DNA from: the human T2T-CHM13v2.0 reference genome, Homo sapiens | NCBI RefSeq assembly: GCF_009914755.1 | Contig: NC_060926.1 | DNA: 64,000 bases | Reading direction: 5' to 3' (one strand) | Shown here: in pieces, positions 42,633 to 56,873 of the stretch | How positions within the stretch are numbered: position 1 is the stretch's first letter | Layout: each line of letters begins with the position of its first letter | Notes under the pieces: generated by a model | The model's input: the letters and a program-made list of their open reading frames with translations, nothing else | Database searches by the model: none | What the model was told of the DNA's origin: nothing | Position numbers and translations under genes: made by a program

Positions 42633-43824
42633 TAGTATAATACTCCAATGTTTATATTTCGGAACCAAGCTGTAAAGCCGCCATCTTGAGAATTACTATT
42701 CTAAGATGACTACATGTCTTGTTATACATTTGTTTTCTAAAGCAGTAATGTATAACTGAAGTTCGTATTTTAAAAATTATTTTTCCCATCTGATCTTATC
42801 ATTTATATCTAATTAATGATGTTGCAGCTTTTATTTTAAAGTATAATATTTGCAAATCAAACTTCCTTTAGGCTTGTAAGGCCTTAAGAGTGGTTCTAGA
42901 GGTGCTAGACTGAAGCAGTAAGTAGGTTTCTTCCAAGTTGTGTGTGTGAGTATGTGCGTACACACACGTCTAGGCTACTCAGAGCCCCTACTCTTCCCTG
43001 GATAGAGAAGGACATCAGTTGTGAGTGGAATGATTGTGTCAGTGTAGAAAAGTAAGGACATTTTAGGGGACTAGTCATCTTTTCCTTTTGAAAATGTATG
43101 CAGTATAGGGGATTCTAGAGATCTGGTCATCAGATTTCTCTTGATCTTACACTGTGCTTTTCTGATCAAGGATGATTTTCCCTTTCCTGCACAGTTTCTC
43201 TTCTTTCTCACTTTAACTCTGCTTTCCCCTCATTCTGTACTAACTACAAATCTTCCTTAACCTGACTCTTTGCAGGTAGTATGTCATGTATATATAACAA
43301 GGAACAGAATGCCTACCTGGCTGGTGTGCACAGCGTCTTCTCCAGGTTTATATGAGAGAGAGAGGTGGAGATAACAGACTTCTCAGACTTTGTCATTCAC
43401 AAGGGCAACTTATTTTTATTTTCCAGACTTGTGTCACTATCTGTTTCCTTCATTCCCCACCCTGATCTTCTCACACAAACTCTGGGTTTCTTCCTCTGCT
43501 CATCTTATTTCAATAAACCAAGATGCTAGGAGAGGAGCCAAGTCTGAAACCACATTCTCAGTGATGTTTTGTTACTGGGGCCCACTGGACGTAGCTGAAC
43601 CTCTTTTCGGGTTAGTGGATTCTCGCTGAGCACACCGTCACAGACTACACCTCCAGCCTGCGTTCATGTATTCAGTACTTTGCCTTGGCTTCACTAGAGG
43701 GTGCTGTCGTGCAGGGTTGTTAGAGGTAAACGTTTTCTGGACTTAAATGGACCAGATGATCTGTATTTGCAAAGGAAACAGATTTTCCAAGTGATAAGTT
43801 CAAATAGTATCAGTCATTTTCCTT

Positions 43825-43915
43825 TTGTGGTCCCATTTTTACAGCTGAACAAACCGAGGCTCAGAGAAGTGGAGTGCATTGCCCGAGGTCACAGTTAGTG
43901 GGAGAGCTGGCCGGG
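43825..43915. mobile_element. MIR remnant
   Basis: cccattttacagctgaacaaaccgaggctcagagaagt ... tgcccgaggtcacagttagt. Confidence 0.75.
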
Positions 43916-44140
43916 CAGTCCCCTCGCACTATCCCTGCGGCTCTCCGTGTCTGCCTTTACCTCCTATGCATCACGTCCTATAATCACACTTCAAAGGATG
44001 AGTCCTCTAAGGTTCCTGTTCTTGGCACAAGGATAAAGTGAATGTATATGTGCCTCTGCTCCTGGAGGATGGAGAACTTGTGTTCCTTTCATTATTGTAT
44101 GTAGTGTGGGGGAAGTAAAGTCATTCACATCGTTCAGTAG

Positions 44141-44398
<258 letters not shown>

Positions 44399-45561
44399 TA
44401 AAGAGGGGCAGTAAGTAGCTGGCAGGTTCTAAAGGCTTCCTTGGCTTGTATCTGTGGGTTGACTATATGCTGGTTGTTTATTTTGATGTCGATTTCACAT
44501 TGCATGGAAAAAAGTTAACTTTGTGTTTCGGGAATAAAATGGCAGCATCTAGAAGGAATGTAACCAAATAGCAAGGAAATTAGGAGCTTGAAAGCAATAC
44601 AATAAAAACTTTATTTATGGGAACAAAATTAATTTGAAAGCTCAGTAAATTGAGCTTACCACTTGGAAATGAGAGACAGATCTCAAGAAACAAACTTCTG
44701 TCAGTAGCTTATTAATAATATTAATGATAATAGTTAAAACAAATTCCAGGGAAATTTCTGGAATTGACACATTCAACCTTACCTCTTTTTGAACACATTT
44801 ATATTCAAGATAATGACTTGGAGATACCATCAGATCTGTGGCTATCACATTATTTAAACTTATAAAGCAGGAAGATAGGTTAATACTTTTTGTATCAGTA
44901 TTTTTAAAAGGCTATTACAGAAAACATTTGCAAAATTAAGTAGAAGGCAAAAAATTTACTGTTACTATTGCCCAAGTCAGATCATAGTTAAAATTTTAGA
45001 ATAGTTCAATTCAGTTTATTTTCTGGGTACTTTAAACATACCATTGTGATCATATTGTTCAAACTTTTAGATACTGTAAATATTGCATTAAAAATTGTAT
45101 AACTGCTTAAAAATACCATTTTTTATTCACATTAGACCCAGTTAATATAAAATATAATAGTTTGAGGATCATAATGTGAAAAGTAGAATGTTTTTGAGGT
45201 AAAATGAAAAAGAATGTTAGGGAATATTTGAGTCAGATATTTGATAATTGGGTAGTGATGAAGAGCAAAGTGGTCCTCCTGTGCCCATGTGCTTCTGAGA
45301 GAGAATGAGCACTTCAGAATTGCTGCACTTGGGTGTGCCGTAGAATACCAGACACTGTCAGTCTTCTGGACCAAATATATGGAGCGAATACACTGGACTA
45401 TGAAATGAGCTTTCAGTTATTTAGGTGCCTCCAAATTATTATGAATTATTGAGGAGCATCACGTTTCTAGGTCTTTAGAAAAGAGAGGGCATGGCGGTTA
45501 AACTGGTTTTCCCAATTTCTCCAAGATATGTTGCTCACCTTGTGTCTTGTCTGCCCTATAG

Positions 45562-45786
<225 letters not shown>

Positions 45787-46884
45787 TGACAGCCAAGGGT
45801 TCTGTATATCTAGCTAGCTTTGATAATTTTAAGCTACATCATGATTTGACTCTGGCAAGTATGTAAAGAAGGTAGACTTAAATAAAAAAAGCATTTCTGA
45901 ATTTACTTTCCATGGCATCATGACATACCTATTGGCAGCTTTCCTTTGAGTTAAAAGGAAATCAGAGTGGAAGGGAAGAGAAATAATCTCCAACTATTGT
46001 TTTTAAAGGAATTCTGTGTTTAAGCTTATAAATCAATACTAATGGTGCTGAATGCTGGTTTTCAAAATCACCTTGAAGTCTTTGGCATTAGCTACTAGAG
46101 TCTGTTACAATATTTATGAAGAAAAGTTCGAATGTTTAATATTATTTACAGCCATTTGAAAAGCTGGCTAATGATCTTAGAGTAAGTTTCTGAACTGCTA
46201 TTTTAGCAGCTTTTAAATGGTTCTTTTGAGTAGTAAAGCCATATTGACAGCACAGGCAGAGGGTTTCTAGGATTTCGTATTTGAGCAGTGCATGTAGGAT
46301 ATTACCAGTGAGTCTCTTCATTTGGCTATCACAGTTTTTCTCTCTACTTCATCCCTGAATTACACACAGACATTACTTGGTTGCATTTCATTTACCTACC
46401 ACATTTAAAAAAAAAGATTATGAAGTTAAATTGAAGCCCAATTCTTAGGCTTCCCCCACTAATAAAAAAACTCAAAGTAACTAATAAGTTATTTTAATTT
46501 TTTTAATAAGTAAAGTTATCCCACTTTTTATATTTAAGATTCATAGAGGATTGCAGGTTTAAAAACTGCCATCTAGACTTCCTAGAGAAATGTTTAATTT
46601 TTTTTTATTTAGATATTTATGTAGTCTTTGAAAATAGGCAATTCCCCTAAGAAGACTAGTTGTGAAGGGTGGGGTAGGGTGACAGGAGAACCATCTTTTT
46701 ATAAACACTTGCAAATGTCATTAAAATGTCAGGATCTTTTATGACTATTATAGAAAGCAGAGCCTAAATGTGGGAAACTAAGCTTCCTGCCCTATACTAC
46801 TGTAAAGGAAGTCAGGTACTGGGCCAGATGCATTTATTCTATTAATAACTAAAACTGTTTAGCATGGTAGGCAGGATAGAACAT

Positions 46885-47110
46885 TGGTTGAGTGGTTGGA
46901 GACTAGCATAAGTCAGACCTGGGTTTGAGTCCTACCTCTGCTGCTTACCTATATAGCACACCCTATGTTATTCAACTTTCAGGACTTACTTTCTCCTCAT
47001 CTATACATACCAACCCTTTGAAATTACTTTTGTTAGGAGAATTCAATGAGTTAGTGTATATTAATCATCTAATGTAACGTGGATACATAGCTACCTATCA
47101 GTAAATATGA
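46885..47110. mobile_element. MIR remnant
   Basis: agtcagacctgggtttgagtcctacctctgctgcttac. Confidence 0.65.
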
Positions 47111-49677
47111 ATTGTTGTCATTGTTCTTTGTTTTAAACACCCACTCCCTGGCCATACACATCCCCACCCACGCACCCACACCCCTACTTTGCTTGTATGT
47201 AATTCCAGTATGTGATATCTCAAGCAGAGAACTAGCTTTTAGCATAATGTCCTAGGCATCAAATGTATTTCAGCCTTCAAAGACATCAAAGACAACTTAC
47301 ATGTGTTTCTATACCCAGGCAAGCATTGTTTACCTATCATATGTAATATGTACCTTTAGCCATTTTACCATCAGTAATCTCCAGTAACATTTAAAAGAAG
47401 CCCAAGTTGTTTGACGTCTCTAAGCCAACTTGAGTGTGGTACGTGAATGAACATCTTTTTGAGACGTAGCAAATCTTTTTCACCTCACTGGGCATCTGAA
47501 ACACAAGCTTCCTTTGCCTACATGTCATCTAGAATGGGAGTTTTTCCTTGTGACAAAAGTTTAAATTAACTAAAAACAAGCAAATGCCTCAGGGAGAGTT
47601 CGTGTGTCATGCAGTAAGTAGTGTGTGTTCATTATAGGGGTTACTAAGAGTCGGCTTTGGTAAAGAGAAAGCAGCATGATAAACTGGAGGTAAGGTCTCA
47701 TGAGAAAGGAATGCAGCCACCCCCAGACAGATAAGCTGTGTTCTCAAAGACAGTTGGGGTTAAACAATTTCTGTGGTGGCAAAACCTTTCCTCATTTCTC
47801 ACTAGATGTTGGATTTAGACATTTTGATCATTATGATCAGACCCTTCGAATGGGGAGGGTCCTAAGCAGGTAGGCCTCAGCCAATAGAGAAGTGCTTTTT
47901 GGAGCCTGCACACTGTTACCCTGTGGACCACAAGGCTTAGCAGCAGGCCAGCGTGTTCTTTTCAGCCCACTTCCATGTTCACATTCCACATGGCAGTATC
48001 TTCATATTGAACATGGGAACTGAGAGCTTTCTATAACCAATACTGTATGACAACCTTTGCCTGCTCTTTTATTCTGTGACCATGCATGATACAGAGTTAA
48101 GGGAAAAATGTTTCCTAGTTCAGAAACACTGATGCATTTGCTCGAGGATAGGTCCTTCACTGAGTATTTGGACTTGGCATCTCTGCTAAGGAAGGATAAT
48201 TGTGGCCTAATTTCTGGTGTGGGATTAGCTGAACACACATACACTCCCAGGTACTTCATGGAAGAAAAATGTACTTATTTTTCAGAATAATCATATAACA
48301 TTGTTTCAGAGCTGCTAGACACACCTTAATTCCCTGTAGAAGCAGTGATCCTGTAGCAGTATAGACAGGAAAACAGGCATTGTTCCATACATTTACTGCT
48401 AGTAATGAACAAGAGTGCATGCAAGCCACATTTGTTGGACAAGATGTGGGTGCTTATGTTTGTTGTTAAGATAGTCCTGTAAAAGTTTAAGAAGAGGTTG
48501 TGCAAGTTAGAGAGCAAAAATGAACTGAAATAATAGAAATAGGAATTACGAAGAATTGGGAAGTTAGCTTTTGTGTCTCTCCTTTCGCTGTTTGAAGTTA
48601 TACCAAGCTGAGAGGAGGTGCTTTGTTCCTAACTATAGCAATAAGGTACCATATATTTTTAGTGCTTTTTTCTCTAGTCAGTGCTTTGCGGTATAATACC
48701 GCACATCCTGTGTTGTGAAAAATAAACAGAGCTGTCAAATAAGCTCTGCTCTGTTTCATAGACAGACCAGTAAATGAATGTTTTGAAACCCCCTATGTTA
48801 GAAAAATTAGTATTCTAGAGGAGCTGTTGTATTTAATTCATATCTTACAAAGTAATGATAACAATAAAACCCCATGAAAAAAGAATAAACAGGAAAAATC
48901 AAATAACCCTTACTTATAATCTGCCCTTTTGGATTGAGACATTTTAGAGTAAATAGGTTGCTTGTATCTTAAGGAGGCGAGCTGTATATTTGGCTTCTCT
49001 AGCTAAGGACAGAATAAGTAAATGAGTTGTGAGAATGATGCATTGCTGTCTCTTGGACCATATTTGGAGGCAACATGTGTTTTTGTTCTTCCACCACCTC
49101 TCGTAAGAGACAAGCTTTTGGGCCTCATTCCAGATACAAGGTCATCAAAAAGTGTTATATGCCCAGTAGGTTTGTTTCCTTGGGAAAGAAAGATACTTTA
49201 TTTGAACACAAGGCTCTTTTGACAGCACAATCGTTTTATGCTTGGGATGGAGGTGGGATTGATCAGCACTTAGCAGTTTGTCACTGTGCAGTGGGAAGGC
49301 TAGCCAGTGTTAAAGAGCCAGATTTCAAAGCCCTCTCTTGCCCTTTGCTTTTCCCCTGAGATGTGTCTAGTTCAAATATGCCCACGGGGTCACCCTCTAG
49401 ACATTTAGCGTGGGAAAGGAACCACCCTGTACACAAATAGCACAAATTATAGCACAGAAACTGCAGATGGTAATCTGCAGTGTATCTTAAAGGCACAGCT
49501 AGAAGTGGTCACGTTGCTCACACGGGGAACCTAACCCACTGGGAATGTGGAGGGTGGGGAGGACTTCTTTCTGTGTGTGTGGTAGTATTGGTGCTGTCTT
49601 CCTGGGAATGCACTAAGACGAAGTTAATGTTCATGAGCTCACAAACACCTTTGGTCCACATGTGCACTTTCTTATAA

Positions 49678-49842
<165 letters not shown>

Positions 49843-49989
49843 TAATGGATGTGCGGCGTGATCTCATAATTGCACCTGGCACAAGCCAGCTGCACTCCCA
49901 GTTCTGCTTCCATCTAGCTAAAAGTTCAGTCTTACCCATGTTTTCTATTTCTGTTCTTCTTAAGAATGTGGGAACTGAGCATATTACTT

Positions 49990-50570
49990 AGCTTGGCTCC
50001 AGCCTCCCCACTTCCATGTTTGTGCCCCCCTGCCCCCTGGTTCTCTATACAGCAGCCAGACTGATCTTCAAATCAGACCATGCCACTTTCCTGCTTAAAG
50101 AACCTTAATGGCTTCCTATTTTACTTTGGATAAAACCTACATTTCTCACCCTTGCCCATAAAAAGCCATGTAGGATCTGACCCGTGCTACTTTTCCCTCC
50201 TCATTTTATGTCCCTCTTTACTTCTCTCTTCATCAGTCACTGTCTTTTTTTTCTTTTCTTAAACTTTTTGGGTCTTGCCTTTGGGCCTTTGCATGACTAT
50301 TTCCCATTGGGAACACTTGACTTCAGTTTTGAAGTCACAGTTTTTTTTCTCATGTTACGGGCCTTTTCCAACCTCTAATCTGTCTTGGGCCTTGCTGCTT
50401 GTTTCTTTCATAGTATTGTTCACAATGTATAGTTATGTGATTGTTTTTTACTTCTGTTACTGTCTCCTTTGCCAGAATGTAAATTCTGGGAATGCAGCAA
50501 ATAGTGTATTACCCAGCATCTAGCATTGTGACTTCATTGTAGTAGGTGCTTGATAAATTTCTGCGTGGTT
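49990..50570. mobile_element. L2 remnant
   Basis: cagcagccagactgatcttcaaatcagaccatgccactttcctgcttaaa ... tagtaggtgcttgataaat. Confidence 0.65.
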
Positions 50571-51873
50571 AGATAATTACAGCCCATGGTGTTTTCCTGG
50601 AGTTACTCACAAGGGTTCTTTTATATTTCTTGTTTCCTTTAGCTGGGTCTGAACTCATTCCACTTTCATCTAAGTGTTGTATCAAAATTTTAAATAGAGT
50701 TTGTATTAATTTTTCTTCCACTAACACATCACAACAAAATTCTTTATGTTTATATGGGTCTGGTCAACCTTTCTTTTAGAAATCATAGGCACAGCTGTTG
50801 TACTGTAAAAGTAAGATCTTCATAGTTACTTTCTTGCCTGTGGTTGTGTTTGTTGGTTTTCTATGGAGGAATCTGCCCAATTGGAAACTCCCCTCAGAGC
50901 TAACATAGGAAGCACTTGAGCAGTTCTCATACCAAATGACTCAGTGAGTTGTGTGTTCCCTGCTCTGGTCTCCTGGTACCAGCCTGTGATAGTCCCTGAG
51001 CGATCACTTAGTGATTGGTTACCATTGCCTTCCAAGTTGCTGTGATGCTCGCTTAGGCTTCCTGCACTGGCTGGCCTGTGTGTCCCTGGTTCCTGCACTG
51101 CCTGGCCCGTGTGTCTCTGTCTCTAAAGGAGTACTCAGTGAGTGAGTCCACACCCTGGACGAGCCATTTTCTGAGCGTGTTCTGTGCATGAATCTATGAT
51201 CCCTTTAAGTCATCTCAGCATTTCGTAGGCCTTTTTGCATGGGCTCCTCCACCTTTGCAGGTTCCTGCTGGGTTAATGGCAGTGTGCGTAGTGATAGTGT
51301 TGGCAGGGAGTGATGGGAGGCATTCTGTTAGAGGTCATGGTCTTCCTGCCAGCTCTGCCTCCCGTCCTTGAACTTTCCTCTAGACCACCACCACCATCCA
51401 ATTGGGTGGGATGCAGAAGTCACTGAAAAATCAGCAGAAGTTCCAAGTGCTTTAGGGTGTGTTGTTTGTGAATATGTGATTTAGCTTGATTTTCTTTATT
51501 TGATTCAGTACTGTGTTTTTTTCAAGAAAACTTTCGTGAAATTCTTATCTTTATGGTTATTAGTGCTGTTTAAGAAGGTAAGTCAAGTGCATCTCAGTCA
51601 GTTCTCCTGAACCTGGGGCTCTCTGTGACTTGATCTTGTTTGTGGCAGTTCTCTGAAAGCACTGAAGGTTGTGGTTCATTCAAAAGGCCCTCTGCTGGTC
51701 ACTGTTGGAGAAGCTGGGGAGGCAGCCAGATCCAGGCCTCACAGAAGCTTCCAGACTGGTAGAGGATCTCACAGTCTCGGTGGCTTTACTGTGGAGGGGC
51801 ACTCCTGACCAGTGGTGCCTGCCTTGAGCAGGATCGCATATTCATGAAGCACTGCTGTTTCAGTTTACTATGA

Positions 51874-52161
<288 letters not shown>

Positions 52162-53579
52162 TAAATTGCACACCCCTTGTCTGCCTGCCTTTTCAGGGAG
52201 GAAGACCTTCAGTGAGGAAAATTGCAGGTGCAAATTTTCCAGGACAGTATTCAGATGCTGTCTTTTTTGTCCATTTGCATCACATGACTGTGTTCTCACT
52301 AAGGAATACACTGGTTTCAAAGCAGTCTGGAGCACTTTGTTGTGCCTAGAACTTTTTGTTCCTATTTGCTATCCATTTTTTAACTTGAAGAATATATTAG
52401 AATCAAATATTTATTCTTTTAAAAATATTGCCAATATAAAGTAATAGCTTCATTTGAGTGAAATTTTATATTCTTGTTAAACCACTTTACAGCTTTTATT
52501 TGGTACACAAATTTATTTAAATTATTAGAGTGACCTCTAGGGACTTGAGTCAGTAACACACTTTAAAAAAATCTAGATGTAAACCCATATTTGATATCAA
52601 ACTCAGATTACTATGTTTACAAAAACTATTTTTAAAAATCCATGCCTTAATTAGATGAGCCAGACTAGTTAATATACCCGTTAATGATATGCAAAATGGA
52701 ATTCATGTCTTAACAGTTTCCCATGTATTTTAGTATTTATTACAAATATCCAATTAATGAGACTTAATTTAAGACTGTAGTGCAGAATGTTTTATTTTTT
52801 ATATACTGAAGTATCTTAAAATAGATAACCGACTTTGTGACTTTCCACTCTTTACTGTGTCATTACTTGTCTCTAAAATTTGAAAATGTTTTCCGGCATT
52901 CCCCAAATAATTATTATACCTAAGTAAATACAAATAATTAATACAAAGTTGGTAATTAGACCTGACTGGTATGCAGAACAAGGCAATGTATTTGGTTATT
53001 TAGTCTCTTTTAATCTGGATCCCCCCACCCCCACCCGATGTTTTTGTTTTTGTTTTTCCATAAAACTGACTTTCTGAAGAGCCTGGGCCTGTTGTCTAAT
53101 GTTCTACCCTCTAGATTTGTCTCATTACTTCTTTATGTCATTTAGTTTGTTTCCTGTAAACTGGAAAGGTGTAATTTGTATCAAGGAAAACCTTCTTAGC
53201 AAAATCACTGCTGGGGAGGTGGAGGTAGAGGTGCTTCATGTTGCCTCACAGCAGGGGACATGCAGAACTGTTCATCCCCAACTCATGTTGCCAGGAGTGG
53301 CCACTGGGTTAGGGTAATGAGCCCCTTTGTGTACCCTGATAGTATAGAAAGCTTAATGAAAATAAGGGAGGAATGATAGGTCTCTCCTTTTTGTTGTATT
53401 CGGATATATGTGTCTGAACTTTGTAATGTAAGTGTAGATTATTTAGAAAACCTTTAAATTGAGCAACTTTAATTCCTTGGTTAAGATAGCATATAAACAA
53501 ATACATAGTAATGATAATAACTATCCTCATCTACTTTTCAAAAATCCTTTTTTTTGGATTTTAAGAAATACCATCTGAT

Positions 53580-53916
<337 letters not shown>

Positions 53917-54384
53917 TTAGTGAGTACCCGCCATTACAAAAGTAAATAAAACTGGCAAAAATGCCTGCTTTCATGGAACTTATATTTGAGTAGAAAGTAA
54001 AGTTTAATTCAAATTTTAAATTTAGTATTTCAGGGGAATCAGAAAAAAGATTCCATGTACAGAAAACCAGCTGACTTGTTTGGTTTGCAGGTAGGGTGGG
54101 GATGCTTAGTGGCATGATTTCAATTAGTGAACCACATTAGGTTTTATGAATTCAGTGGTGAACACTTTGTAAAAAATGGTTTCTGGCCTTTAAACTTTAA
54201 AATCTTAATTAAATTTGAGTTACTAACAATAAACATAAATCTGGGCCAGAAGTCTTAAGTATTAAATGCTTATGAAGAAATGAAGAAACATACAGTAGTT
54301 CACAGTAGACAATTCAGAGAGATGCTTTTAAGTGGACCAGCTCTGGTTCATTCATAGATGTGAGTGGTTTTAATTAAATCAATT

Positions 54385-54501
54385 TTCTCCTTCCTTCCTT
54401 TCCTTCCTTTCCTTCCCTCCCTTCCCTCCCTCCCCTCCCTCCATCCCTCCATCCCTCCATCCCTCCATCCCTCCCTTCCTCCCCTCCCCTCCCCTCCGCT
54501 C
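54385..54501. repeat. Polypyrimidine (CCTT/CCCT/CCAT)n low-complexity tract
   Basis: Read directly from the sequence. Confidence 0.92.
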
Positions 54502-54649
54502 CGTAAGTTCTACAAATGTGCTTGTACTTTTAATTTTCTGGCAAATTTCCTTTTGGTTTATATAGCAAAGTTGTGTGAATACCCAGACATGTAAGTTAGT
54601 GGCTTTGTATCTACTCCAGTATCTGTAACGTACTGTTTTATTTTTGCAG

Positions 54650-54704
54650 AGTGATCTTTGGTCTTGTGGCATTACAGCCATTGAGATGGCAGAAGGTGCT
54701 CCCC
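54650..54704 (+). CDS. MAP4K4: MAP4K4 exon 8 (55 nt): SDLWSCGITAIEMAEGAP(P)
   Basis: tttttgcag acceptor and CCC|gtaagt donor; kinase subdomain IX. Confidence 0.96.
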
Positions 54705-56118
54705 GTAAGTAACTTTCTTTTCTTTTTAGCTCACTTGTTACATGTGACTTAAACCCCTCCCAAGACTTCAAAAAGAACAGCTCAGCTCCATGGATAAAGG
54801 CATTTCTGGTGGACTGTTTAGATGAAGGCAACATAAATATAGTCAAGTTTTAGATGTAGAAGGAATTCTTGGCAACCACTATTACTATTCCTTTTGAATA
54901 TCTCTAGGAGGCCTATAGGCTACATTTTCTTTTATTTAAGTTGTACTCACATGTGTGACCTGAAGTAGTGCTGAGATCAGATAATAAGTAGTAAGTTTTC
55001 TTTTTACATTTTAAATTGAGTAATTCAGTGAAACTAGTCCTAACACATGAAATTTTAGTATTAAGTTTTGACTTTACAAATGGAGGCAAAACTTTATTGA
55101 TAGAATAATTTTTTGTGCGTGTTAACTGAAATTTTGTGAGTGTTTGCTTCTCCATTGGATTAATGAGAACTTCATATAATTCATTGTTGATCACGGATGA
55201 GGTAGAATTGCAGAGAACAAAGGAAAAAAAACACTGCATTTTCTGCTGGTCCCCATTAAAAAAGGTATACACAAAGAATGTATAACTGTCTGGCACGGCA
55301 CATAGTTGCTGCTGAATAAATATTTGTTGAATGAATGAAAATAATTATCGACAGCTAAAAATTAGTTTTCAGTATAGAAATAGAGATCTGCCTCAAACAC
55401 CATACATTCCCCTGTGCTTCCCTCTAAGAAAGTAAGGCAGGGAAGTACCACCTCATCCTTTCTCTCAGTTTTTGTTCACAAGGGGAATAGTATTGTCTGC
55501 CTCTCCTCATTGCCCAGATGCCTTGTAAGGGTCTTCTGAAGGTAAAGAAACACATGAAAATGCACATTGCATATGGTGATGTAGTAATGCCTACATGTGT
55601 GCCTAACACACCTTTATTGGGTGAGTCATAGGAGTACAAAGAGTAATTGCACAGAATTAAATCCATTTCATGCTCAATTTTTGCTCTTTCTAGTATTTTT
55701 AGCTATAACAACAAACAGCATTTCTGGAGGGCCTAACTGTGCTCATTCTGTTCCAGGCATTGTATGAAGGCCTTTGCAAGCCATATCTTATTTAATCTTG
55801 ACAACAACCCTATGAAAATACAATCATTTTCATTGTAATCTAACAGATAGTTTAACAACTTAGGTGTTAGTTCCTATAAGACTTAGATTTATGAAAACTT
55901 TCCAATGTCTTTTTGAAAATGTATATTCTTCTTGTTGCTCTTGTCCTCCCACTTTGCTATTTTTAAATGGGAAATTCAAGATATGCCCTGGAGTTCATAA
56001 CTAGATGTCTAGACTGCTTGGTATGAAGCCTGTCAGTCAGACGATGGGCCAGAGCATTTCATGTTATTTATGACTGAACCCTAGAAATCAAGAATGAGTG
56101 AAATAAGTGCCATACTGA

Positions 56119-56220
<102 letters not shown>

Positions 56221-56530
56221 TAAGCTATATATGGTTTTTTGTTGTTCTTTTCCCTTTTTTTTAAATTGCTTCTTTTTAGTTATACTTTCCTCTGAGATAA
56301 AATTCTGGCCCTTCTAATTCTGGGGAACCCAAGAGCCAGTTCTCCAAAACACCAATTAAAAGATGCGTTGATTTTTTTTAAATGAGATTTTTCTTGTTAA
56401 ATTCTCTCTGAATTACAAAACGGTGACAAATGACCACATGAAACACTATAACATGTCTAAAGACAAATGTTCCATTTTAGTATTTAGGCATTCTTTTAAG
56501 TGTAATATACTTCTAAACATCTTCCCATTA

Positions 56531-56873
<343 letters not shown>

